Origin: Lama glama
Lineage: Eukaryota
Length of the DNA stretch: 64,000 bases
Direction of reading: 5' to 3'
NCBI GenBank assembly: GCA_028534125.1
Contig: CM052817.1
Coordinates: 72,418,001-72,482,000, forward strand
The position numbers were made by a program, and so were the translations under genes. Numbering within the stretch: the stretch's first letter is position 1; every line of letters starts with the position of its first letter. The notes below the pieces were generated by a model. The model was not told the origin of the DNA. It searched no databases and saw only the letters and a list, made by a program, of their open reading frames with translations. Below are positions 25,901-38,545 of the stretch, piece after piece.

Positions 25901-26183
25901 AGGGCTCAAGGAAAGAGACATCAAAAATATCTTGGGTATGAAGTTTTTACACAGAAATCCAAGATGTGACCTTGAGAAGCATATGAAATTGCTGTGGAGT
26001 TTTAATAAATTGATGGGATGTGTAGTGTATTAGCTGAGAGAGACTGTCTAAGCCTGTAGAATTTATCATCTGGGGTATTTTCATGGAAGTTATTGAATAA
26101 GAAACTAAAATTGGTCAGCTAGAAGATCAAGATTTAGAGAATATAAAGAAATAGTGTAATTTTTAAAAGACTGCAACTGTAAA

Positions 26184-26448
26184 TGTTATCAAACTGTGGG
26201 ACAGCTTGCCCAACACAGAGAAAGCCAATCTACTGACATTGGGTTGTGGTGAAGGAAAGTTCAGTGTTTATTGCAGGAGCAAGCAAAGAGAATGGGCAGC
26301 TTATGCTCAAAAGATCTGAACGCCCAGATGGCTTTTAGGGAAGAGTTTTTAGAGGGTCACAGGGTGTGTGATCAGCTACTGCACAATTATCTGTTTGGTG
26401 ATGGTGAAGTGACAGGATGATGACTTGGGAATCTCCAACATCAACCTT
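26184..26448 (-). mobile_element. ERV1-class LTR fragment (laurasiatherian, MER41-like family)
   Basis: Starts tgttatc; aaagccaatctactgacattgggttgtggtgaaggaaag...tttattgcagg...gggcagcttatgctcaaaaga. Family name is tentative. Confidence 0.7.
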
Positions 26449-26499
26449 CAACAAACAAATGAGCAAAAAAAGATTAGACTATAACTCATAAAGAGATCA

Positions 26500-28550
26500 A
26501 GAGTGTTTCCATTTTTCTGTAATCTGGAATATTTTGTGTAAGATTGGATTAATTTAATTATTGTATACTTGGTAGATATTCTTGGTGAAATTATCTGAAC
26601 CTGAATGTTCTTTATGGGAAGGTTTTTCTGTTGATGTGTTTTAATGGTTATTGGTTTATACAGGTTGTCTATTTTTCAAGTGAGTTTTGATAAATTATAT
26701 TTTTCCCAAATTTAACCATTTTATTTACATTTCACATTTTATTTACACAAAGGTGTTCTAATAATAATAATAATTACACTCATATAACTATATATCCTTG
26801 TATAATTATATATAATAAAAATAATAAAATGCTTATAACAGCATTTATTACTTGCTACGTTGTTCTGCTTACCATATATTTCTTGGTTAATCCTGATACC
26901 ATCTATTGACTTAGATCTTATTACTTCATATTTTTGTAGATGGTGTAAGTAAAGCAGAGAAAGACTAATTTGACTATGCTTGTACATTAATAAGTTGTGG
27001 AGCTTGGATTTAAACACATTCGATCTGAACTACATGGCTTCATATTCTTTACATCTGCAGCTATGGTGTGTTCCCTTTTCCTTTTGTAAAGTCATTTATT
27101 TATATCTTTATTCTTTACATCGTGATCAATCTTACCAGAAGTTTGCCAATTTTAGTAGATTTCAAGAATCCACATTTGCTTCTTTCTTCCTTTTCATTGT
27201 ATATTTGTTCTACATATTTGTTTCATCTTTATAATTTCCTTCCTCTCAACTTTTTTTTGCTGAGGTTATTCTGTTGTTTTCCTGTTCCTAACTTCTTAAG
27301 ATGGTTGCTTAGGACATTAATGTTAAGGCTTTCTCTCTTTTTGTTTTATGGATTCACATATATTTATATTTTTCTAAGTACTTCACCTGTGTGCTGTAAG
27401 TTTTGAAATGTAGGGTTTTTGTTATTACTCCAGTCTGAAAATGTTTCATTTCCAATATGAGTTTTCTTTGATCTTTAAGTTGTTTTAAAGCATGTTGATA
27501 AATTTCTAAACATGGCTTGTTTCTATTTGGTTTTGTTTATGTTTTTGTTGTTTACTTTTAACTTAGTTGCTTTGTGTTTAGAGAATATGATTGCCATGTT
27601 GAGTCTTACTTTTTAGCCTATTATGTGTGCAAAGTTTAGTACAGTATGTATTTGAAAATAATATGTGCTTTGTTTGCAGTTACTGAATGAAAAAGTCTAT
27701 GTGACTTACTTAAAGCTAACTGTGTTGATTAAAGCTTCTATATTCTTACTGATGTTTTTGTCTGCTTGATCTGGGTTTGAGTGTTTTTAAAATCTTTACT
27801 ATAATTGTGGAATTGTATATTTTTCTTTGTAGTGTTGTTATTTTTGCTTTATTTATTTTAAGGCTGTTATTCATTGCATAGGAGATTAAAACTGTTATAC
27901 CTCCCTGGTAAATTGACCTTTTTTATCATTATTTTTGACCCTCTTTACATTAGAAATGCTTTTTATACTCTAAAAATCAATTTTTGTTTCTGATTAATAT
28001 GATTAACATCAGCCTTCTAGAAGTCATGTACTTCATTACTCTTCTTTCACTAGTTCCAACAGACATTAAAATGTTAATTTAACTTATTCAGGTTTAAAGT
28101 TAATCAGTTTACTTACCCCTCTTGTAAACAATCAAGCACATTCTCACTACATGTATTCATTACTCTCTTGTAATTTAATTAATGTTAAGCTACAGTTATA
28201 TTATTATTAATTTTAAAAAATCAGAATTTGTTTACATTAACATTTATATACCTCTTTCTTCTTTATTTCTTTTTGTTTTCCAGACTATCATCTGGCAACA
28301 TTAAAGGTGCATTAATTATATCATTAAATGTTTCCTTTAATGAGATACTGTCAGTTACAAACTCAATTTTGCTTATCCAAAAATATCTTTTAGCCATTCT
28401 TGTCCAATCTAAAGAGATATCTGCTCTCTAATAAATTCTAGGTTGATAGCGATCTTCTTTCACCATGGTAAGAAGATATCAATGCTCTTTTCTGGCTTCC
28501 ATATTACTATTATAATTAATGCTCAGTGTAAATTTCTTTCTCTCTCCTAG
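26500..28550 (-). mobile_element. Old L1M ORF2/ORF1 fragments (T-rich, degraded)
   Basis: T-rich antisense L1-like text: ggtgaaattatctgaacctg, ggtttatacaggttgtctattt, aacttcttaagatgg, tctttactataattgtgga. Confidence 0.7.
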
Positions 28551-28681
28551 TTGATTTAGATTGTATATTCCTGATTCAGGGGTTCAACAGTAGAAGAGGA
28601 CCAAGAATTTCTGTCTAATTTCAGAAATACAAGCTCACTATGAGTATGGACAGACCAGTTATTTCCATTTTTTCTCTGATC

Positions 28682-28930
28682 CAAGGTTTCTCTATCTTGG
28701 CACCACTGATATTTTGAAACAGATACTTGTTTGTTGTTGAAGACCTCCTGTACACTGTAAGATATTTAGCAACACCTCTAGCCTCTACTCACTAAATGCA
28801 CACCTCAGTAGCACACCACTCCCACTCCCCAAGTTGTGACAGAAACCAATGACTCCAGACACTGACAAATGTCCCCCGTTTGGTGAGAGGGGAGGAAGAG
28901 TAGCAACACTTCCCCTAGTTGGAACTGCTA
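28682..28930 (-). mobile_element. MER20 (hAT-Charlie MITE) with 8-bp TSD
   Basis: caaggtttctctatcttggcaccactgatatttt...gcctctactcacta...agttgtgaca...ctccagacactgacaaatgtcccc; TSD ctctgatc (28674) / ctctaatc (28931). Confidence 0.9.
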
Positions 28931-30079
28931 CTCTAATCCAGAAGGACCTTGTAGTTAGGAGTTATTCCTTCTAAATGTTCACATTAAATTGATTTTCCCC
29001 TTTAATTTATAAAATTATGAATTTTTATATTTTTGCCTATATAGATATTTTAGCAAAAATAAGAAATGGCTGTATCAAATCAAATAGTGAAATGCTATTT
29101 TAAATCCAAATCACCAAAAAATTTGAATGATTTTTAAATTTAAAGAGATACTGACGTTGTCATCACTGAATTTCATATCTACCCAATAGAAAATGTTTAA
29201 AAGCTGATCTAGGCAACAGAAAATGAGATATACCAAGGCAGATTTATAGCTTGTATTTTTGTTTTTTTCCTGGTCTTTTCAATCACTACAAAACTATAAT
29301 AGCTTATAGACTTTTTGTATGTAAATAGTTAAAATATTCATCTTTCCATTTTAGAGTACTCTAATACTGGCACAAAATCTATTTTTAAGGATGCACATCA
29401 TACATTTATCAACCCAGTAGAAAAATACAGTAGAAAAGGTATTCAGCAACCTGGGTTTGAAGATAGTTTATTAATTTCACAAGTTGGGCAGGAAAGACTT
29501 TAAGTGTATTCTGGCAAAGGGAGCTGCTAAAGAGAATAAAGTTTAGTAGACTGTTATTTTCCTCTCTGAATCACATTTAAACACACACATTTCCAAGATG
29601 AGTGCTAGGATAAGTGTCATGGTATTTCACGACCTATTCTCTTTTCTAATAAATATAAGACTAAAGTCCTGCCTCCCTAAAAAACAATAAGTGATTTTAT
29701 GCTTCAACTCTTACAGTATTTTATGCATTAGTAATTGTTACTTTCACTTTAAGGGAAGACCATGAAATGACACTGACTGACTAGTGAAGAGAGGCCTAAC
29801 CTGAATAATGGCAACTATGAATTAGTAAATTCTTTAGACAAATGCAGTTATTTACTCTGAAAAACTGTTTACTGGATATGGATTAACAAAGTATTATCTG
29901 GCTGATTCCTGTAAACTGTGACAAATGAAGACATTAAAATGATTTCTAAATGACAGATCCTTAAGATAGGAATACTTCTTTTTTTTCCGAAGTACTTGAA
30001 TATGCTTAAAGATAGTACCTTCTCATACAAAGCTTAAACATTTCTCTGAAATCTTAAACTCAAATAAACTTGGAAGGAT

Positions 30080-30081
<2 letters not shown>

Positions 30082-30145
<64 letters not shown>
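30082..30145. repeat. Perfect (TG)32 microsatellite
   Basis: Seen directly. Confidence 0.97.
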
Positions 30146-30149
<4 letters not shown>

Positions 30150-30569
30150 ACAAACCAGGGAATTAAAGTTTTATATTGAGCAGTAGAAATTATATCAGGA
30201 TGTATGTTCTCATTATTAGTTGTCTGTCTCCCATATCTTCCTTATAGTGCTCATTTGCTTAGCAAAAGCTTTTATAAATGCACAAAAATAAAGATTTCAT
30301 GATCATTTCTGTCCATGTTATCTTAAGTTCCATTTTAGTAGTGACTGAGTTTTTTCAAGTTTCTTCTATGCCTAAATGTGTAAAAGCAAAATAAAAGTAT
30401 ATTCAGTAATAAGCAGCATATATACCAAGATTAATAAGCACGTAATGAATAGTCTACAGTTTTCTACAAAATCAGCCCCCTAAAGCTCTGATTTTTTTAC
30501 AACTTCTTATTATTTAAAATAAAAGCTAGACTTTTTTTTCAACTAGCTTTTAAGTTCACCAAGATATAT

Positions 30570-31000
30570 CTCTAATCCACCTCCAGAATCTTATCTCCCA
30601 ATGCTCACCTTGTACATTTCAATAAAAGTAAAGAACTATTTACATCTGGTATTCTCTTGCCTTTGCTTAGACTGTTTTCCTTAATTGAGATGTTATTTTT
30701 CCTACGTCTGATTTTCTTAATTCTACTCATCATTCAAAGCTAAACTGAGATGTTATCTCAATCTTAAGGCTTTCCCTAATCCTTCTAGATAGGAAAAAAT
30801 CCCTTCCCCCATCTAAACTCTCACAATACTTTATATGCCATCTTATTTTGCATAGTTATTTACAGATGTTTTTATGCATCACTTGCAAGACTGCAAAGTG
30901 TTGAAGGATGAGGCTGTGTTTAATTAAATTTTCTATCATCTGAAGGGCAAACAGTAAATACTTAATAAATACTCATTGGTGGAATAAGAAGAAATGGATG
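30570..31000 (+). mobile_element. LINE L2 fragment
   Basis: tgcctttgcttagactgtt...ttctactcatcattcaaag...agactgcaaagtgttgaagg. Confidence 0.6.
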
Positions 31001-31369
31001 GGTACATAAAGAGTTTGCCTTAATGATAATATGACAAAAACCAAAAATCCAACAGAGATGTAAGGAAATACTAACATCATGGTTTAGTGCACAGAAATCT
31101 TTCAGATTCTTAGATACAGTAACTCCAAATTTAGTAATTTGCAAAATCTATGACTTTCAAATCAGGGCTGTTGACTGGAGCTTCACCAACACAATTGAGC
31201 AATTGCGTTTTCCAGTTAGTAGACACTCTTTTTTTGTTTTAATAGTAAGTGCACTCTTACCAGCTGTTATGCCTGATCCTGCCATCATTTCTGCCAAAAA
31301 CAACATCCTCCATCAGTCCCCTGCTTCTCAGCTGTGCCACTCCAAAACAATGTTTGCTCCTCATTAAAA

Positions 31370-31690
31370 ATCTGCAAAGCCAACTGAGAGTCAATCCACC
31401 ACAGGCAGCCCAAACCAAACTGGGGAGAAGAGATATGAAATTTGATCTTGGTTACTCACACCACTAAGAGGTTGTGCTGCTTGCTGCATTCCACACAAGC
31501 TGCTAGCAGTGGAGAAGCCCTGCGGGTAGCCCTGTGGGGAGGCCATGATGGCAATCCAACCATGAGGTCATGAGGCCACGTGTGCTGTTACTAGGTCCTT
31601 GCAAAGTAAATAAACTACAGAATCTGCTGCCGTTTATGGAGACCATGCAACTGAAGAGGTACTTGTGCCACCCAACCCTTGTCAATTGGA
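31370..31690 (-). mobile_element. Ancient L2-clade LINE ORF2 (RT C-terminal) remnant
   Basis: Minus-strand translation RGLMTSWLDCHHGLPTGLPAGLLHC*QLVWNAAS, then LSGVSNQDQISYL...GLPV. Matches the L2 motif series HALVTSRLDYCN..L.GLP....LQLVQNAAA...HITP.L..LHWLPV. Confidence 0.75.
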
Positions 31691-33312
31691 CCCATGGTTC
31701 TGGTCTACCTCCAAGGAATAAGAAAGGCTTTATAACCAGATGGTGCTCTGAACAAAGAAATTGGCCATGGATGCTGGGTTACTGGACTTCACAGTGGTCT
31801 ATGTGACACAAAAAGACCCAGGACAAAAAGTTAAAGCAATCCAGATCATTTAAGAAGTGAGGATAATTTGATATATTTAGAGCCCCAAGGAAATTCAACA
31901 AATTTTGTGACTCTGTATCTCTTTCACCCACATCCTAGAGATCCGGTTAAAACTGATGCCCTTTCACGCTCAGGGGTCTGAACTACCTGCTATTCAAAAA
32001 GAGAGGGATCAGCAATTTCAAAGTGCATTCCAAATTTAAGACACCTCTGCTTAAAGAATACATTTCCTTCACAACATACATTTCTTCAACCAGATGATCC
32101 ACTTTATGATTTTTGGCAAAGCTCACAAATTATCAGTCCCTTCAAGGTTCAAGCTCTATAGGTATTCAAGAGTCCTGCATTTACTCCCCTGCTTACATAT
32201 GACCAATCTGACCTCCTTTACTAAAATACAAGAGAGTAAACCAGCGATTTCCCTTCTTACAAAATACTTCGACCGTGAGAAATTTGTCCGTTTGCAAAGA
32301 CCTTCAGTGCAGTTAAATAGCAGATGTAAGAAATTCAATTGCAGACAGTTATTTTATGAGATTAGAGGCTGCACTGAAGAAAAAACTGAATGAAGCCAAG
32401 CATGTAATGAAATCTTTTGTTAACAGCCATCTAAACATTTGTATTATATTTTAGATTAGAGGTGTATCTTGGGAATGTTCGCTAGGATCTGGCACGTGCA
32501 CACTGTTCTGAGAGATAGTTAAGAGCCACCCAAAGGATGCTGAGATTGCTAAGTATCAAGATCATTCTATCCAGCTGATCAAACGATCCTGAATGTGCCA
32601 GATTAACTGGTAGTGTTAGAATGGAAATGGGAGATAGGGAAACACTGCACATGTCAAGTCAGTCTGGACTATTAAGTTCCCAGGACATGCCCAGGACTGC
32701 TAAGCTGTCATTGTGGGACAGCACCTTCCCACCCACACCCTCCTTTAGAAAGACTGGTGAGAAAGCAAAACTTTCCAGAGTAAAAAGTTAAGAAAATAAA
32801 AGTTGTAGATTTCATAGGAATATATATCCAGAAATAAACACAGGAGAGAACAGAGAGATAGATCTCAAATAGAACATATTCTAGCATGGGTTGCAGTCAT
32901 GCTGTTTGATGGGAGCACTTCCTAAGAGAGTGCAACCACTTCTTCGAGAACATACAGAGTATAAAAAGTTTTAGAATGCACACAAATACATTAAAACCAG
33001 CAAGTATTTAACAGTTTGATTTAAAATATTGAAAACAGGTAAGGTGGCTAAAAGGATTTTACCCATTTGTGTAACCATCATATTTATAACTGCAAAAACA
33101 TATCTGCAGATAGTAATTTCTGAAGTAACTTGCAAATGCTACTGGCATACTTCTATGATTACATGTCTATGTTATTATTAAATAACAATATTTAATATCT
33201 AAGTAATATATAATATATAAATAAAATTTGTATTTTCCCTTCATAATTTAGCTATACTTGCAAAATTACAATTTCTCTTCCTGAAACTTGTCTTTGACCT
33301 ATGACTATTTCA

Positions 33313-33369
33313 ATATATGTATATATATATATGTATATATATACATATATATGTACACACACACACACA
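33313..33369. repeat. Compound (TA)n/(CA)n microsatellite
   Basis: Seen directly. Confidence 0.9.
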
Positions 33370-35539
33370 GAGGTATTTATATAACATATATAAACAAAAT
33401 AATTTAAATAATTTCTTGCATAATAATATGAATTGCCATGCTAGAGAAAATAATTTTAATTGAAGTGCTTATACCTGCAATATATGTACCTTTTATGTAA
33501 ATACATTTTTAAACTTTTAAGTAATATAGTAAGTCACATACAATAAATTATATAATAATTTATGTAACCAATCATAACCATCAATTTACTTATGCTGTCC
33601 TAACAAAACAGAACAATCCAAATATTCCTTAATAATCATGCTAACTTGGTTAAGAACAACCTCCCCCGTAACTGTCAGTTTTAGAAAAATCATAAGGTTT
33701 TTCTACAAATGACCAAATATGCTAACAAGATTTAGAAACTTCATTCTAAAGCTTTCTTCTACAGAGAGATTAATTTTTATTTTAGAAGACAAACCAAACA
33801 ACACATTTATTAACATGAAGAATTATTATTTTTACTTTATTCTTTGTAATGAAGCAAAAATAAAAATTTTATGAACATAATCTCTATTTTAGTATTATGA
33901 AGTCATTTCACTGTTAATATGATAACACAATTATAAATTCAATTGAGCTAAATTTTCTAGTTAATTAAAAATACCTCAAATTTTTTAAACAAATGAGACA
34001 AAAAAGGAGAAAGGATGGGAGTCACTGCCCCTCTTAAACGAAAATGAATTATGTAAACATAGATTACATGGTGTGGGGGAAACATAGGAAAGATATCTCT
34101 GACTTTTCTCAGCTCACTGGGTCTGCATCTCTTCTATCATCAGCTGCATGCACAAAGCACCTTACAAATCATAATAAGATAACAGACAAAATGTCATTTA
34201 TGATTCATAATTTTGTGTTTTATTTTTTGTCTGATATCCTTTCTCAGTCGCATGTGTGTGTGTGTATGTGTGTGTTTATGCAGTCTGGGAGGGTAGTAAG
34301 TGAGAGAGCATAGCTTTGGTTTTAATCTCCATGGTGAAAAGCTTTTTGCAGGATAATTCTTTGCATGAAAAAAATCACACCTAGCACCTTAGTCTCATGC
34401 TAGGTGTCATGAATAACAAGAATGAGATTTTTTTTTTGCAGCTGTTTCAATCCCACATTCACACACACGCACGCATGTGTTTGCTAATTTAGGAAAGAAA
34501 GAAGTGACAATGGATTTGAACTAGTTCCACTATCTGTGAGTCACTAGTGAAAAGCAGAATATTTTCATCCGTCATTATGGGTCAGATTTCAATGATTAAA
34601 AACCCCAGAGCTTCTCAAGGGTATAATTTCCTGGTTCTCCACCTGCACACTTCCCCATGGACCTCATCACCCTTGACTCTAACCAAATTCTGGAAAAGCA
34701 AGTTCATTCTAATTGAGATGCAGAGTTTAACAATACATGCAAAAGGAAATTAGTTATGTTGATAATCATATAAAATTAGCACAGGATTTTGTCAAAATAT
34801 ATTAGGAGGAAATGTTTTCTTGACTTTAACTCATATAACTTATTACTGATTGCAAAAATAATTATGTTATATTATTAAAAAATAGAAATATGTTCTTGAA
34901 GTTTCACATCAGATAACCATCCTTGGACCAACAGCCTCAATCCAGTTGTCTGAGATGATCAGTTTGACTTTTGAATGCTTTGGGGTCAATAAAACCCCAA
35001 ATGGTTTGGGCCAATCACACATCCTCTAGTTACTTAAACCCTTGAGCACTTCAAAGGGAATTTAATCTATATGATATGATTCATTTACACTTTACACATC
35101 AAAATGGTATCTATAGGAGTTACCTAATGTTACAAAATAAGCTCTATACTAAAATGCTTTAATCTATACTTTCCAAAAATAGAATGTCATTTCAAAATTA
35201 AGCAACTCCCCTCTACCTCTAAATTTTCATGATCAGTTCAAAACTCAGACTATTTCTAGTTTTAAAGGGAAATGAATTTTCACTGAAGCATTCTGTCTTT
35301 CCCAGTTACAGCCAGATCACAGAGCTTTCTCTCTTGGTGCTCATGATTCCGAGATGCCTTTGTAATTACAAACAGTGCGCTGTAGTTGTTCTGAGACAAA
35401 ACAGCCCCCTATGCTTAAGGAGCTGATAAAACAATAGGTTGAAATGATTTTCCTAGACTTTTTCTTTTCCCTTCAATAAATGGTGTTAACATTAGAAATG
35501 AACGCAACGAAATGTGGTCATGGTAGAATTTTTTTTTTT

Positions 35540-36039
35540 NNNNNNNNNNNNNNNNNNNNNNNNNNNNNNNNNNNNNNNNNNNNNNNNNNNNNNNNNNNNN
35601 NNNNNNNNNNNNNNNNNNNNNNNNNNNNNNNNNNNNNNNNNNNNNNNNNNNNNNNNNNNNNNNNNNNNNNNNNNNNNNNNNNNNNNNNNNNNNNNNNNNN
35701 NNNNNNNNNNNNNNNNNNNNNNNNNNNNNNNNNNNNNNNNNNNNNNNNNNNNNNNNNNNNNNNNNNNNNNNNNNNNNNNNNNNNNNNNNNNNNNNNNNNN
35801 NNNNNNNNNNNNNNNNNNNNNNNNNNNNNNNNNNNNNNNNNNNNNNNNNNNNNNNNNNNNNNNNNNNNNNNNNNNNNNNNNNNNNNNNNNNNNNNNNNNN
35901 NNNNNNNNNNNNNNNNNNNNNNNNNNNNNNNNNNNNNNNNNNNNNNNNNNNNNNNNNNNNNNNNNNNNNNNNNNNNNNNNNNNNNNNNNNNNNNNNNNNN
36001 NNNNNNNNNNNNNNNNNNNNNNNNNNNNNNNNNNNNNNN
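35540..36039. other. Assembly gap (500 N)
   Basis: Run of N, preceded by poly-T. Confidence 1.
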
Positions 36040-36804
36040 CAAAAGAAAATTGGTGTCTGATGTCCCATTAATGTTCAAATTATTTTTAAGTTTTATAGTG
36101 TTATATGAGTGTAAGAAAGTCCATGCATTGTTAATACACTTCATTTGTGTTACATATAAGGTTCATGGATATAAATAATAATGATCAAAATATTTTTTAA
36201 AACTCAAAGTAAATTGATTTATGATTGAAATTTAGTTTTATATATGATATTCAAATTTTGATACTCAAAGTTTCCCTGAATATGGCCTATCTTATCCTTC
36301 TAAATTCATCTACCTAAGAAACCTAAGAAAAAGTTTGTTTTTTGTTTTGTTTTCTTTTTTTGGTCTGGTCTCCTCACTGCTTTGTGAACTCAAGCCTACT
36401 ATTTTACCATCTGGAATGTCCTTATCACTCAAAAATATTTATCCCAGCTCAGACTTACAGTTCTGTTCTATTCCCTTCCAGCCCCTTTTTGGTTATTGAT
36501 CTTCTCTCTTTAGTTTCTAAAGAAAATTGTCAGTAAACTACCATTTTAGAATTAACTGCATGTGTACTTTATAGTTAATGTTTCAAACATAAATCTCTTT
36601 TCTCTGCATCTGGAATATAATCATGTATAGGCAACATATATTACTTTTTAATTAAACAATTTACTCCCTAAAATGGGTACATATGTCATTTATGCCAAAT
36701 AACTTTTTAAAATAATAAAACAGTAAATAATTTTGCATGTTTTAAAACTATCAGAAAAGCAACATTTTTATGCTACTCATTAATGACTTATACTTCAAGA
36801 AGTT

Positions 36805-37030
36805 TCTAATTATTCCTGTTGACTAGATGTGCACCATGTCCAGGCACTCTTCTAACCCTTTCGTGAATTAACTAATGTAATCCTCATAAATCCTAAAATA
36901 GGCATTGTTCTCATTATTTACAGATAAGAAAACTAAAACTAAGAGGGCCTAGTTTGCTCCAAATCCCACAAAACTAGAGCTCCACAGTATAGTCCTAACA
37001 AACACTCAACATCTGCGATCTTTCCAGGAA
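36805..37030 (-). mobile_element. MIR SINE
   Basis: atgtccaggcactcttctaa...taatcctcataa...attttacagataagaaaactaa. Confidence 0.75.
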
Positions 37031-37474
37031 CTCTATTAGGTGGCATATTTTATTTTTCTAAGTCACACTCACTAGTAAGGTATTGTCACAGTATATTTGT
37101 AGACAAGAATTGATAGTTGATGTGATTTTTATGAAGTCATACAACAAAAATCTCCCGATACAAGGTCAATAAATTCTCTTCTTATTAGTATAGATATGAT
37201 ATTTAGTATTATTCTTTTACCTATTTTGCTTGGTAGTCAAGTCATATTTATGATTATTGGTACATTTAACTATATAAAGCCAGTTGAAATTAAAATCTTC
37301 TAAGGGTGGCAAGGAAGGATAATCTAACAGGCCAACATAGCACATGTTTAGAACCATCAGGAAAAGAAGAGCTTCTGAAAATGTTTTGAAGTGTGTTATT
37401 TCAAAAAAGCTATGGAAATGGTATAGTGGAAATTTTTTATGAAACATTCTTATAGTTAGTCTAGGTTTCAGTAT

Positions 37475-37992
37475 TTGTATACTTGCATCAACTGCCTCAA
37501 TTCTTTAATCTTCCCTATATTCACTCTTTTCTCTGTGACTTTTCAGATTCTCCCACTGGAGGGCAGAATATTTTTTCTGCTCCTTGGCTTCAGGTTGGGT
37601 CAAATGACTTGCTTTGGCCAATAAGGTAAGACAGAATTGATGGTATGGTAGCTCTGAGTCTAGGCCGTGAAAGCCCTCACGCATTTTATTTCTCTTTCAC
37701 AGACCCCTGAGATCAACCTACTATGCCTGGGCTAGCCTGCTAGTTCCAGAAGTAGTGTAAGGAATACACGAGACCTAGCCGAACTGCTGATATAGAGACC
37801 AATTAAGATGATCTGAGCTTCAGTGACCCCCAAAGCTCTTGAGCAAGGTCAGCTAAGATTGGTGGAGCCACACAGCTGTGCCAGGCTTAGATCCACTGAT
37901 TCCAACTGTCCAGATAAACACCTAAATAAATGTTCAATACTGTAGACTGCTGTGATTTTGTGGTTGTTTGCTACATAGCAGTATGATGGTTG
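37475..37992 (+). mobile_element. Solo MaLR LTR (MLT1H-like)
   Basis: tgacttgctttggccaat, ctgagtctaggcc, tgcctgggctagcctgctag, aataaatg, gattttgtggttgtttgctacatagca. Confidence 0.85.
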
Positions 37993-38309
37993 TTTTCACT
38001 GGAAACAACAAATGTGGTATGGATATAGCACTATATCATTTCATGGTTGCAGCTACATGGAATCATAATCCGGTACTTTAGGATGGTAATTAGATTGGTC
38101 TCCAGTGTAAAATCAGAAGGCTTTTTTAATAATGTGTTTGCTTGTGTGTTTTGTTGGTTTGATTTTACTTTGTGTGAGAAAAAGATAAATTTTCTTTATA
38201 ATAGTTGACAAATTTAGATGAGTGTGCACTGAGGTGAGGATGGAAGTATGGGACAGGTGTTATTCTGAGTGTCATCTACCTTTCTATATAGCCTTTAGCT
38301 TAGCTGTTC

Positions 38310-38545
38310 TCTTCTTTGAAGACTTCTTGCCTTCTCAAATCTGGGTTAATTGTCCTCTTAGGTATTTCTGGAGTACTCTTTTACCCTCAAGGTAGACTTT
38401 GTATTTCTTTATGTGCTTCTTTATTTATCTAAACTACTATGTCTATGAGGAAAGGGACACATTTTTATCATTCCTTGTTGTATGTCCAACACTAAATATA
38501 GTCCAGTCACATAGGTGGCCCTCAATAAACACTTTTTAATATGAA
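38310..38545 (+). mobile_element. LINE L2 3' end
   Basis: ctatgaggaaagggacac...cacataggtggccctcaataaac. Confidence 0.65.

Noticed and set aside
26739..27406. Hydrophobic F/L/I-rich ORFs resembling membrane peptides
   Set aside because: Compositional effect of T-rich antisense L1 sequence.
35415..36178. The four longest ORFs (185-232 aa)
   Set aside because: Artefacts of translating through the 500-N gap.
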